Assembly (NCBI GenBank): GCA_031416075.1
Contig: JANOSY010000024.1
Span: forward strand, 32,001-96,000
Length of the DNA: 64,000 bases
DNA from: Candidatus Tenderia sp.
Lineage (GTDB): Bacteria > Pseudomonadota > Gammaproteobacteria > Tenderiales > Tenderiaceae
Direction: 5' to 3'
The notes below the pieces were generated by a model. The model saw only the letters and a program-made list of their open reading frames with translations. It was not told where the DNA came from and searched no databases. This document shows, piece by piece, positions 20,178 through 29,877 of this stretch (position 1 is the first letter of the stretch; each line of letters begins with the position of its first letter). Position numbers and translations under genes: made by a program.

Positions 20178-23100
20178 TCAGAAGCGATACCCCACTCCCA
20201 GCTCCACGGCGTCGACATTGATGTCCGTAAAACGATAACGATTCCACCCCAGACGCAGCGGCAGGTGTGGCGTGATATTCATCTCCACTCCAATACCGAA
20301 ATTGATATCCATGCCGTCATCACTGAATTTTCTTGAGGCAGTGGCGCTGGTCAACGTGTAATCAGCCTGCCATATCAACGCGCCAAATCGTACCAGCCCA
20401 TTGAGATGCTCAGAGAGTTGCTTACGCATCACATAATTAAAGGTCCAACCGGAAGCGGTGGTGGGATAGACCCCCGAGGCCGCATCCAGGTAACCATTCA
20501 GATCGGAGGTAGATCCTGTAGCGGTAGTGGTGACACGGCCCAGATCAACATAGCCAATCTCAATCGCCAGCAGCTCATTCATCTGATAACCGATGTAGGG
20601 CGACCAGCCTCTGCGTGACAGATCGGTCTGCGTCACGCTGGCGGTAAGGCCAAGGGCGGTGAGATCACGCTCAAAATCAGCGCCTCGCTCACCACTGCTG
20701 ACGGACAGATAGTTCAGCCCTGCATAACCGGGCATCAGAGAGCTATCTGCCTGGGCAGTGGCACCCATCAACAGCAGTGGCAACATCAGCACACGGCAAC
20801 CATAACGACGCATCAACACCCCCCCCGCCAGGAGCAGCAGTAACCAGTACGACACCGCACCACCGCCACCGCCGGTGATGGTAATGGTGATCAGCTGCGA
20901 GATCGGCTGCGCCACACCACCTGGATCTTTAATACGCATATCTGCAACACCATCGGCATCGTTGGGACCACCATCCTCGATGGTCAGCTGCACACACCAG
21001 TGCCCCTCGGTCAGGCCGCTGATATAGGCGCTATCGCCAGGGGGAGGACAGTAACCGGCGCTGCCTGCGGCAGAGGCGATGCTGTTATTGGCGTTGACAA
21101 CAAACGCCTGCCACCCTGTCGCCATCAATTTGCGATAGACCGCATTGGCGGGGATCGCTTCAAACTGCGCTAACACCACTTTGATCTGCTGCCCGGCAAC
21201 CGGCAACTCAGCAACATTAAAGTCGAACAGCCCATTATTGTAGGTATACCCTTCATCCTCTACTGCGCCTGCACCGTCACGACCGTAGTTATACACATCA
21301 CTGTCGCTCACCCCGATCCTGTTGCCCCCTGCCTGCATGGCAACCCGTCCCAGGCTGATTGACAGTCCCGGCTCAGTCTCCATCAGATATTGGCTGGCTT
21401 CGGCCTGCTTCTCCTGCACCACATTACGCGCCACGGTGGAGCTGTCGAGGTAGTTGGGTATGCCGTCACCATCACTGTCACCATAACCTTCAACATCATC
21501 GTTGATACCATCGCCATCACTGTCCACCGCGGTCAGCACTGGCAGTGTGGCTTCAACCTTGATCAGCAGTTCAGCGTTACCACTTGCCACACCATCACCC
21601 ACTGCCACCTTCAAGGTGTAGATACCCGGTGTCAATCCGCTTGGGTCCAACGTAAAGGTACTGGCCACACCATCGCTATCCACCAGGGCGTTATCGGTAC
21701 CGCTCCAGTTATAGCTGTGTGTATCGCCGAGATTAGGGTCGGTAACCGTAGCGGTGACAGTCACCATGCCGCTGCTCTGGCCGATGATGCGGGTTGCGCC
21801 ACTCCCCTGAACAGCACTCAACCCCACAGTAGGTACAACGTTACCTTCGTGGATCTCCATTGTGTGCGTTCTCACCAAACCGGCAACTGCATTGGTCGGC
21901 GTACCCATGGTAATGACCAGAGACTCCGTCCCCTCGCCTGCCCCATCATTCACCAACTGAACATTCACGGACGTTTCAAGGCCAGGGCCGTTGATGATGA
22001 TATTGCCAGCCACCAGATTGTGGTCACTGCCATCGGTTGAGGCGGTGCCCGCCACGGTATACGGAACCGTGACTGGATAACTCACCGCCGCACCATTGAG
22101 GATCACCTTGAAACTCACCGTTGCCCCCTCTGCGCTGACCTGGCTCTTACTAAAGTCAACAAGCGGCGTCACATTCACCCTCTGAACCGCCGTTCCACTC
22201 TTGCCCGCACCATCCGTTGCGCTCCAGGTAACAACATTGGCACCCGGCCGGAAGTGAGTTGGCTTGGCCGTCACGGCCACACCATTCACCAGTGTCACCT
22301 GCGGCGTAACACCGCTCTCCACAACCGTCGCCGTACCAATCACCACGGGGGTGAACAGCCCCACCGCATCAACCGTCACATCTGCCGGCGCAGTGATCGC
22401 GGGGCCGCTGGCCGGTGTAACACTGTTCGAGGCGGCTGAAGCCGCACCGCTGCCCGCCGAATTGGTGGCCACCGCAGTAAATGTGTACGCAGTGCCATTG
22501 GTCAACCCCGTCACTGTGATGGGGCTGGCGCTGCCCGTACCGGTGAGACCACCCGGAGTGGAGGTGACGGTATAACCGGTAATTACACTGCCGCCGGTGT
22601 ATGCCGGGGCAGTGAAACTGATGGTCGCCTGACCACTATCAGCAACAGCAGCACCGATAGTAGGTGCCCCTGGGACCACTGCCGTCACCGTAAACGACTG
22701 GCTCACCTGGGTTGCCGCCAGGAAACTGCCACTGCCAGCCTGATTGGCGTTGATGGTACAGCTGCCCGCCGTGACAAAGGTCAGCGCACCCGCGCTGGTA
22801 ATGGTGCAGACACTAGTGGTGCTTGAGGTAAACGCCACCGCCAGTGCCGAAGAGGCTGTTGCCGTCAATGCAGGTGTAGAGTCAAAACTCTTTGCGCCAG
22901 GGTTGGCAAAGGTGATGGTCTGAACCCCCTTCGGTGTCACACTGTTAGAGCTGGCCGAATCGATCCCTGTCCCGACACTGTTGGTTGCCTTGACAGTAAA
23001 GGTATAGGTCGTGCCGTTGCTCAACCCCGTCACACTGATCGGGCTGGAGGTGCCCGTTGCGACATGAGCGCCAGGGCTGGAGGTGACCGTATAACTGGTG

Positions 23101-26100
23101 ATCGCGCTACCACCATTTGATACCGGAGCGGTAAATGCAACCGCCGCCGCCGCATCACCCGCGGTCGCGCTGCCAATAGTGGGAGCACCGGGCAACGCTG
23201 CAGGCGTCACACTGTTAGACGCAGCAGAGTTGCTGCCACTGCCAACACTGTTGGTCGCGCTAACCATAAAGGTATAGGCCGTGCCATTGGTCAAACCCGT
23301 CACAATAATAGGCGTGGCGCTGCCCGTGCCGGCGAGCCCACCGGGAGTAGAGGTAACGGTATACCCCGTAATCATTCTGCCACCATCGGAGGCGGGGCCA
23401 GAGAAGGATACGGATGCCTGGGTATTACCCGCAGTCGCGACACCGATCGTGGGCGCACCCGGCACAGTAGCCGGAATCACACTGCTGGAAGAGGCCGACG
23501 GACTACCGGTACCGATGGCGTTAGTTGCAGTAACAGTGAAACTATAGGCCGTGCCGTTGCTCAACCCCGTCACAGTCACCGGGCTGGAAGCCCCCGTGCC
23601 CGTAAAACCACCGGGGCTTGAAGTCGCTGTATAGCCGGTAATGGCGCTACCACCCGTGGATGGCGCACTAAAACTGACCATCGCCTGACCATTGCCCGCT
23701 GTCGGCGCGCCAATCACAGGCGCACCCGGCACTGTCGCTGGCGTCACGCTACTGGAAGCGGACGAAGCACTGCCCGTACCCGCTGAGTTGGTCGCCGTCA
23801 CCGTAAAGGTGTAGGCAGTGCCATTGGTCAAACCGGTCACAACGATGGGGCTAGCACTCCCTGTTCCAGTAAGCCCGTGGGGAGTAGAGGTAACCGTATA
23901 ACCAGTGATACTGCTACCACCGTTAAACGCAGGCGCGGAAAAGCTCACCGCCGCCTGAGCATTAGCCGGAGTAGCCGTGCCGATAGTCGGCGCACCGGGT
24001 ACTACCGGAACCACACTGAACGAGCGGCTGACCGTAGGCGCGGCCAGATAACTACTGTTGCCCGCCTGATCCGCATCGATGCTACAAGTGCCGGTGGTGA
24101 CAAAGGTCAGCGTGCCTCCACCCGTGATGGTGCAGACACCGGTAGTGGTCGAACTGAAACTCACTGTCAGACTCGACGTCGCCGTCGCACTCAATGTCGG
24201 TGTTGTACCAAAGCTCTGTGCACCTGGATTAGCGAAGGTGATGGTCTGACTCGCCTTTGGCGTCACGCTATTGGAAGCGGATGAAGCGCTGCCGGTACCG
24301 GCAGAGTTAGTGGCCGTCACCGTAAAGGTATAGGCCACGCCATTGGTCAAACCCGTGTCCGTGATGGGGCTGGCGGCCCCCGTACCCGTAATGCCACCCG
24401 GACTGGAGGTGACGGTATAGCCAGTGATGGCGCTGCCACCATTGGAAGCGGGGGTGGAGAAGGTCACCGACGCTTGGGTATCACCTGCCGTCGCCGTACC
24501 GATAGTCGGCGCACCGGGTACTACCGGAACCACACTGAACGAGCGGCTGACCGTAGGCGCGGCCAGATAACTGCTATTGCCCGCCTGATCCGCATCGATG
24601 CTACAGGTGCCGGTGGTGACAAAGGTCAACGTGCCGCCACCCGTGATGGTGCAGACACCAGTAGTGGTCGAACTGAAACTCACTGTCAGACCTGACGTCG
24701 CCGTCGCACTCAATGTCGGTGTTGTACCAAAGCTCTGTGCACCCGGATTAGCGAAGGTGATGGTCTGACTCGCCTTTGGCGTCACGCTATTGGAAGCGGA
24801 TGAAGCGCTGCCGGTACCGGCCGAGTTAGTGGCCGTCACCGTAAAGGTATAGGCGACGCCATTGGTCAAACCCGTGACCGTGATGGGGCTGGCGGCCCCC
24901 GTACCAGTAATACCCCCCGGACTGGAAGTGACGGTATAACCAGTAATGGCATTGCTACCACTGGAGCCAGGCGCGGTAAAATTAACTGTCGCCTGGGTAT
25001 CTCCCGCCGTCGCCGTGGCACCCGACGGGGCACTGGGGACGGAGATGTTATTGACGGTAATGCTGTTACCGGTAAGGTCGGCAGCCGAGGCCGCAGTGCT
25101 GTTCCAGTTTGTCGCCCCCGCCAGATTGTAGGTAGTACCGCCCACCGACGAGAGGCCGTTTTTATTGAGCAGCGCCTCAACACCACTCTGGTCAGTGGAG
25201 TTCAGCGTCACCGAAAAAGCGGTGCTGCTGGAGGCCGTCACATTAGACGAAGTCAACGTGTAAGTCCCCCCACCCTGCCCGGTCAGGGTCAGATTGTTTA
25301 CAGCGATCGTATCACCTGTTGTCATGTTGGTGGCAGTCACTGCCAACACGTTGCCTGAAGCATCGTAAGTAGCTGAGGTGATCGTGGGGAGAGCGGCATC
25401 GGCGATCTGAATATCGTTGATCGTGCCATAACCGTTGCCAGCAGAGTAAGTGATGCGGACGTCATCAACGATGTCGAAGCCCGTACCCAAATTGACTGTA
25501 ATTACACTGGCATCGGAATTGGCCGCAAAGCTTGTCGAGGTGACCACGCTGCCATTCTTGTAACCCACCACGTTGACCGTGCCCCCCAGATAGCCCCAGT
25601 CGTGCCATTTAAACTGGTTGATCTGGAAATCAGAACCATCGGAGCTCTTGATTCTCATGCCCTTCCAGCCGCTGGCAACGCTTCCATCAAAGGTGGTCAG
25701 GCCCGTAAAACCTCCCGCAGGCAGACCCAGGTTGGAATTGTTATACCACTCAATCTTTCCAACACTGGTGCCATTGGTATCGCTGATGTTGAGGACTTCA
25801 ATGGCTATGCCAGCCAGATCCGTTGAACCACCTTGGCCATCGGTAGCAACACCGGTTGCCCAACCGCCGTCAGAGGTAAATGTGAGTGTGCCGTTTGCCA
25901 ATACACCTTTGTAATCTGCTGGTGCCAAGGAAGCCACATTAATTGGCCCAGTCCTAACTTCCAGACGCCAATCGCCCCCCTTATCGGTGGCTCCGGTCAG
26001 GTTATTCGATGCGGCAACATATGCACCTGTCGCTGTAGCAAAATCCCGGACAAATCGCTGGCCTGCCATGTCGGCAGCCACATTACATCCATAGAGCAGG

Positions 26101-26513
26101 ATCTCTGCTCCGCGCTTCAGGCTATTGCCAATAACTACAAGCTCAGCAGTGCGAACAGCCATGTTTTGTGCAGTCAAATCGAACGTGCCCAGTTGTAAAG
26201 CGCCAGACGAACCGTGGGATACAAGATGAATTGCATCAATCTCGCTACGCCCTGCCAGAATCAGCGCCATCTGCGCCAGACCATCCTGCGTGGCGTCAAG
26301 CAGATGCACCTCTGCGCCCGGCTTAACGCCACTCAACAATGCCGGATAATCAGCGACATTGCCTTCAATAAATATAATCTCGTGAGAAGTAGCAGTATGG
26401 GAGTTCAGTACAGCGGCACTGACCTGAAAAACCACCATAAAGAGGGCGAGAAACATTGATAACTGGAGCACTATTTTTGTCAGCGGCAGCCATGCAAAAT
26501 TCGATTTGTTCAT
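20178..26513 (-). CDS. Giant surface protein: DUF4347, 7 FN3, 3 Ig-like, HYR/Calx-beta-like, Ca-binding DxDxDG, choice-of-anchor-U-like, internal GlyGly-CTERM-like segment, C-terminal OmpA-like beta-barrel
   Basis: Signal peptide; DUF4347 motifs HLVSHG / LLYGCNVA / GGDWRLE; repeated PGAPTIG…GLTNGTAYTFTV; GYCPPPG…CVQLTIEDGGPNDADG…DPGG; GGGGGAVSYWLLLLL…RR; terminal GVGYRF. Confidence 0.85.
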   Translation of the reverse strand: MNKSNFAWLPLTKIVLQLSMFLALFMVVFQVSAAVLNSHTATSHEIIFIEGNVADYPALLSGVKPGAEVHLLDATQDGLAQMALILAGRSEIDAIHLVSHGSSGALQLGTFDLTAQNMAVRTAELVVIGNSLKRGAEILLYGCNVAADMAGQRFVRDFATATGAYVAASNNLTGATDKGGDWRLEVRTGPINVASLAPADYKGVLANGTLTFTSDGGWATGVATDGQGGSTDLAGIAIEVLNISDTNGTSVGKIEWYNNSNLGLPAGGFTGLTTFDGSVASGWKGMRIKSSDGSDFQINQFKWHDWGYLGGTVNVVGYKNGSVVTSTSFAANSDASVITVNLGTGFDIVDDVRITYSAGNGYGTINDIQIADAALPTITSATYDASGNVLAVTATNMTTGDTIAVNNLTLTGQGGGTYTLTSSNVTASSSTAFSVTLNSTDQSGVEALLNKNGLSSVGGTTYNLAGATNWNSTAASAADLTGNSITVNNISVPSAPSGATATAGDTQATVNFTAPGSSGSNAITGYTVTSSPGGITGTGAASPITVTGLTNGVAYTFTVTATNSAGTGSASSASNSVTPKASQTITFANPGAQSFGTTPTLSATATSGLTVSFSSTTTGVCTITGGGTLTFVTTGTCSIDADQAGNSSYLAAPTVSRSFSVVPVVPGAPTIGTATAGDTQASVTFSTPASNGGSAITGYTVTSSPGGITGTGAASPITDTGLTNGVAYTFTVTATNSAGTGSASSASNSVTPKASQTITFANPGAQSFGTTPTLSATATSSLTVSFSSTTTGVCTITGGGTLTFVTTGTCSIDADQAGNSSYLAAPTVSRSFSVVPVVPGAPTIGTATPANAQAAVSFSAPAFNGGSSITGYTVTSTPHGLTGTGSASPIVVTGLTNGTAYTFTVTATNSAGTGSASSASSSVTPATVPGAPVIGAPTAGNGQAMVSFSAPSTGGSAITGYTATSSPGGFTGTGASSPVTVTGLSNGTAYSFTVTATNAIGTGSPSASSSSVIPATVPGAPTIGVATAGNTQASVSFSGPASDGGRMITGYTVTSTPGGLAGTGSATPIIVTGLTNGTAYTFMVSATNSVGSGSNSAASNSVTPAALPGAPTIGSATAGDAAAAVAFTAPVSNGGSAITSYTVTSSPGAHVATGTSSPISVTGLSNGTTYTFTVKATNSVGTGIDSASSNSVTPKGVQTITFANPGAKSFDSTPALTATASSALAVAFTSSTTSVCTITSAGALTFVTAGSCTINANQAGSGSFLAATQVSQSFTVTAVVPGAPTIGAAVADSGQATISFTAPAYTGGSVITGYTVTSTPGGLTGTGSASPITVTGLTNGTAYTFTAVATNSAGSGAASAASNSVTPASGPAITAPADVTVDAVGLFTPVVIGTATVVESGVTPQVTLVNGVAVTAKPTHFRPGANVVTWSATDGAGKSGTAVQRVNVTPLVDFSKSQVSAEGATVSFKVILNGAAVSYPVTVPYTVAGTASTDGSDHNLVAGNIIINGPGLETSVNVQLVNDGAGEGTESLVITMGTPTNAVAGLVRTHTMEIHEGNVVPTVGLSAVQGSGATRIIGQSSGMVTVTATVTDPNLGDTHSYNWSGTDNALVDSDGVASTFTLDPSGLTPGIYTLKVAVGDGVASGNAELLIKVEATLPVLTAVDSDGDGINDDVEGYGDSDGDGIPNYLDSSTVARNVVQEKQAEASQYLMETEPGLSISLGRVAMQAGGNRIGVSDSDVYNYGRDGAGAVEDEGYTYNNGLFDFNVAELPVAGQQIKVVLAQFEAIPANAVYRKLMATGWQAFVVNANNSIASAAGSAGYCPPPGDSAYISGLTEGHWCVQLTIEDGGPNDADGVADMRIKDPGGVAQPISQLITITITGGGGGAVSYWLLLLLAGGVLMRRYGCRVLMLPLLLMGATAQADSSLMPGYAGLNYLSVSSGERGADFERDLTALGLTASVTQTDLSRRGWSPYIGYQMNELLAIEIGYVDLGRVTTTATGSTSDLNGYLDAASGVYPTTASGWTFNYVMRKQLSEHLNGLVRFGALIWQADYTLTSATASRKFSDDGMDINFGIGVEMNITPHLPLRLGWNRYRFTDINVDAVELGVGYRF
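23980..24950. repeat. Near-identical intragenic tandem duplication (519-bp / 173-aa period)
   Basis: cgatagtcggcgcaccgggtactaccggaacc… starts at 23981 and again at 24500; near identity continues about 450 bp. Confidence 0.9.
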
Positions 26514-26845
26514 TTATCCCTCCAGGATAGTTAGAACATGCTTATTTATAAAAAACTGAGGCCCAATGAATCATGCACAGTTCAGGCAGAGGGCCTGATT
26601 AAACCAAAATTTTGATTTTTCACATCCGTGTTGATATCAATGCCATCCATTTATTTTTCTTCGCCACACTAAGATGTAGTGCCGCATCATTCTGTTACAA
26701 ACAGAACGAGCATGATTACTATCGGATTGCCCTCCGATCTACTTTAAATTTATTTGAAGGAAAGAATTTAATCTGCCATTCTGGAAAAGAACCCGTCACT
26801 GACGGGAGGCATTTTCAATCACAACCAAAGCGTAAGGAAAATTTG

Positions 26846-27454
26846 ATGGATGGTTATCTCGGAACAATAGTAATGTGGCCAATGGACTGGGCACCGCAGA
26901 ATTGGGCAATATGTGACGGCGCTGTAATAGCCGTGCAACAAAACACTGCACTTTTCTCACTGCTCGGCACAAAGTTCGGCGGCAATGGAACCACTACGTT
27001 TGCACTGCCCGACTTGCGTGGACGTATGCCCATCGGCATGGGCCAGGGTACTGGACTGCCCAGTTACACACTGGGCCAGCAAGGCGGCATGGCAAACACA
27101 ACGCTCACCCAAAGCAATCTCCCTTCTCACACCCACCCAGCAACGATGTCATTGACGGGACTTGGTGCAACCACAACCTTGAATGTCTCTACACAAGGAG
27201 GCGGTTCGAACACGCCTGCAACAGGGGCCTCTTTATGTGCGACGACAGGAGGGCCTGGCGGTGCCGATATTTACATTACCCCTGCACCAACAGCAAATCT
27301 GGTGGCACTCGGCAATATCAGCACCGCAGTCAGTGGCTCAGGCACGGTGACTGTCGACGCCACTGGCAACGGCCAGGCTTTTGATAACCATCCACCATAC
27401 CTGGGTATAAACTTCATCATCTGCGTCAGTGGCATGTACCCATCACGTCCTTGA
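26846..27454 (+). CDS. Phage tail collar domain protein (MdpB / 'microcystin-dependent' type), 202 aa
   Basis: AAGGA RBS; MDGYLGTIVMW…APQNWAICDG…QNTALFSLLGTKFGGNGTTTFALPDLRGRMPIG…LPSHTH…PPYLGINFIICVSGMYPSRP. Confidence 0.92.
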   Translation: MDGYLGTIVMWPMDWAPQNWAICDGAVIAVQQNTALFSLLGTKFGGNGTTTFALPDLRGRMPIGMGQGTGLPSYTLGQQGGMANTTLTQSNLPSHTHPATMSLTGLGATTTLNVSTQGGGSNTPATGASLCATTGGPGGADIYITPAPTANLVALGNISTAVSGSGTVTVDATGNGQAFDNHPPYLGINFIICVSGMYPSRP

Positions 27455-27470
27455 TCGACAGGAATGGATA

Positions 27471-27498
27471 AAAAAACGCGGGGCAACCCGCGTTTTTT
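27471..27498. terminator. Bidirectional terminator between the collar gene and sucD
   Basis: AAAAAACGCGGG-gcaa-CCCGCGTTTTTT. Confidence 0.9.
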
Positions 27499-27585
27499 CT
27501 CTCCGGCTTAAAGCAGAAACGCCACTACTCCCCGATAAGAAGTAGCAGCATTTTGATTTCAAACACCCACAACAGGGTAGATCGG

Positions 27586-28452
27586 TTACAGAACCTCCAG
27601 CATCCTGCTGCCAATCTCGGCGGGTGAACGAACCACATGGGCACCAGCGGCGGAGAGCGCCTTAAACTTCTCTTCCGCCGTCCCTTTACCACCAGCGATA
27701 ATGGCACCGGCATGTCCCATACGTTTGCCGGGCGGCGCGGTGACACCCGCGATATAAGCAACTACAGGCTTGGTGACATACTCCCTAATATATTCAGCGG
27801 CGGCCTCTTCGGCGCTGCCACCGATCTCACCGACCATGACGATCCCTTCGGTCTGTGGATCGTTCTGAAACAGCTCAAGGCAGTCGATGAAATCCATGCC
27901 TTGAATCGGGTCGCCACCGATGCCGATGCAGGTGCTCTGCCCCAGACCGTTGTTGGTGGTCTGGAACACCGCTTCGTAGGTAAGTGTGCCGGAGCGAGAC
28001 ACAATACCAATCTTGCCCGGCTTGTGGATGTTGCCGGGCATGATGCCGATCTTGCACTCACCGGGAGTGATCAGGCCAGGACAGTTGGGACCGATCAGGC
28101 GTACATCGCTACCCGCCAGCGCATATTTAACCTTGAGCATATCCTGCACTGGAATCCCTTCGGTGATGCAAGCGATAACACTGATACCGGCATCGGCCGC
28201 CTCAAGGATGGCATCGGCGGCGAATGCAGCAGGCACGTAGATCATGGTGGCATCGGCACCCGTTTCACGCACCGCATCGTGCACGGTATCAAACACCGGC
28301 AGGTTGAGATGCCGTTGACCACCCTTGCCCGGCGTGACACCGCCGACCATCTTGGTGCCGTAAGCAATGCCCTGTTCGGAGTGGAAGGTACCCTGCTTAC
28401 CGGTAAACCCCTGGCAGATCACCTTGGTGTTTTTATTGATCAGAACCGCCAT
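27586..28452 (-). CDS. sucD: Succinyl-CoA synthetase alpha subunit
   Basis: [26 protein letters not shown]. Confidence 0.98.
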   Translation of the reverse strand: MAVLINKNTKVICQGFTGKQGTFHSEQGIAYGTKMVGGVTPGKGGQRHLNLPVFDTVHDAVRETGADATMIYVPAAFAADAILEAADAGISVIACITEGIPVQDMLKVKYALAGSDVRLIGPNCPGLITPGECKIGIMPGNIHKPGKIGIVSRSGTLTYEAVFQTTNNGLGQSTCIGIGGDPIQGMDFIDCLELFQNDPQTEGIVMVGEIGGSAEEAAAEYIREYVTKPVVAYIAGVTAPPGKRMGHAGAIIAGGKGTAEEKFKALSAAGAHVVRSPAEIGSRMLEVL

Positions 28453-28453
28453 C

Positions 28454-29623
28454 TCACTTCACTCCTTTGGAGGCTGCAACGGCCTTCTGCGCCGCATCGG
28501 TCAGATCAAGCGCGCTGGTAATCGCCAGACCGCTGTTGTCCAGCAGCTCACGGCCCAGTGCCGCATTCGTCCCTTCAAGGCGCACGATCACCGGGATCGA
28601 CATCCCGATCTCTTTTACTGCCGCAATAATCCCTTCAGCAATCAGATTGCAACGCACGATGCCGCCGAAGATGTTGACCAGTACCGCCTTCACTTTTTTA
28701 TCACCGAGGATCAGCTTGAACGCCTCTGCCACCTTCTCAGCCGTCGTACCACCACCAACATCGAGGAAGTTGGCAGGGAAACCACCGTGCAGCTTGATCA
28801 AGTCCATCGTCGCCATCGCCAGACCGGCACCATTGACCATGCAACCGATCTCGCCATCTAGCGTCACATAGTTCAGGCCGTGTTTTTCAGCTTCGTGTTC
28901 GGTGGGGTCTTCCTGAGAGGCGTCCTGCATCTCCGCCACATGTTTCTGTCGATACAGCGCGCTGCTGTCGATACCGACCTTGGCATCCAGCGCCAGCAGC
29001 TCACCGGCCTTGGTGATCACCAGTGGATTGATCTCCACCATGCTGGCATCTTTTTCGGTAAACATCTTGTAGAGCGACATGAGCAGCTTGGTCATCTGAC
29101 CGGCGAGTTCGGCAGGCAGGCCGATGCCAAAACTGATCTGGCGGCACTGGTAAGGCATCAGCCCCACAGCGGGATCGACAACGACCTTGATCAGCGCCTC
29201 GGGCTGATTCTCAGCCACCTCTTCGATATCCATACCCCCCATGGCAGAGGCCATTAACACAATACGCTCACTACCACGGTCCACCAGCAGGCTGACATAC
29301 AGCTCTTTATCAATATCGCAAAGCGACTCGATCAATACCGTATTAATAGGCAAACCCTTGGCATCGGTCTGGTGTGTCACCAACCGTGTACCAAAATAAC
29401 CCTGCGCAGCCACCTTAAGCTCATCAACACTCTTGACCCGCTTCACGCCACCTGCCTTACCCCGGCCACCGGCGTGAACCTGGGCCTTAATTACCCAACC
29501 AGTACCACCCAATGTATTGGCTGCGGCCTCTACCTCGGCCACCGACTTGGCAGCGACACCCTTGAGTATTGGCACGCCATACTGCAAGAAGAGCTGTTTT
29601 GCTTGATATTCATGAAGATTCAT
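28454..29623 (-). CDS. sucC: Succinyl-CoA synthetase beta subunit
   Basis: [30 protein letters not shown]. Confidence 0.98.
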   Translation of the reverse strand: MNLHEYQAKQLFLQYGVPILKGVAAKSVAEVEAAANTLGGTGWVIKAQVHAGGRGKAGGVKRVKSVDELKVAAQGYFGTRLVTHQTDAKGLPINTVLIESLCDIDKELYVSLLVDRGSERIVLMASAMGGMDIEEVAENQPEALIKVVVDPAVGLMPYQCRQISFGIGLPAELAGQMTKLLMSLYKMFTEKDASMVEINPLVITKAGELLALDAKVGIDSSALYRQKHVAEMQDASQEDPTEHEAEKHGLNYVTLDGEIGCMVNGAGLAMATMDLIKLHGGFPANFLDVGGGTTAEKVAEAFKLILGDKKVKAVLVNIFGGIVRCNLIAEGIIAAVKEIGMSIPVIVRLEGTNAALGRELLDNSGLAITSALDLTDAAQKAVAASKGVK

Positions 29624-29877
29624 ACTGGCATCCTTCGCCTGATTCGTAAATTAGCGCCCATTTTTTATGGCCCTGAACAACCATGCTATCGACCGCAACT
29701 AATGGAGGTTGACTGAACACACACCACCATACCTCTTCAACTCAGAGAAACGGACAGTGATAAAAAGAAAAATGGAAATTGCAACGCCGCAACCTACACC
29801 CACTCAGGGCAACGGGCAGCGCCGTGCCATTATAATGCAGAAATCCAGACAGGCAATCGACGTGCTAAATGCCCGTT

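Noticed and set aside
22400-25050. CRISPR-like or non-coding repeat array
   Set aside because: Repeats are in-frame protein domain repeats, not short repeats with unique spacers
26612-26845. N-terminal extension of the collar ORF in the ORF track (likewise for glnB, sucB and the beta-propeller)
   Set aside because: Family homology and RBS point to downstream ATG starts
26846-27454. Prophage, tailocin or eCIS
   Set aside because: No sheath, tube, baseplate, capsid, lysis or integrase genes in the window
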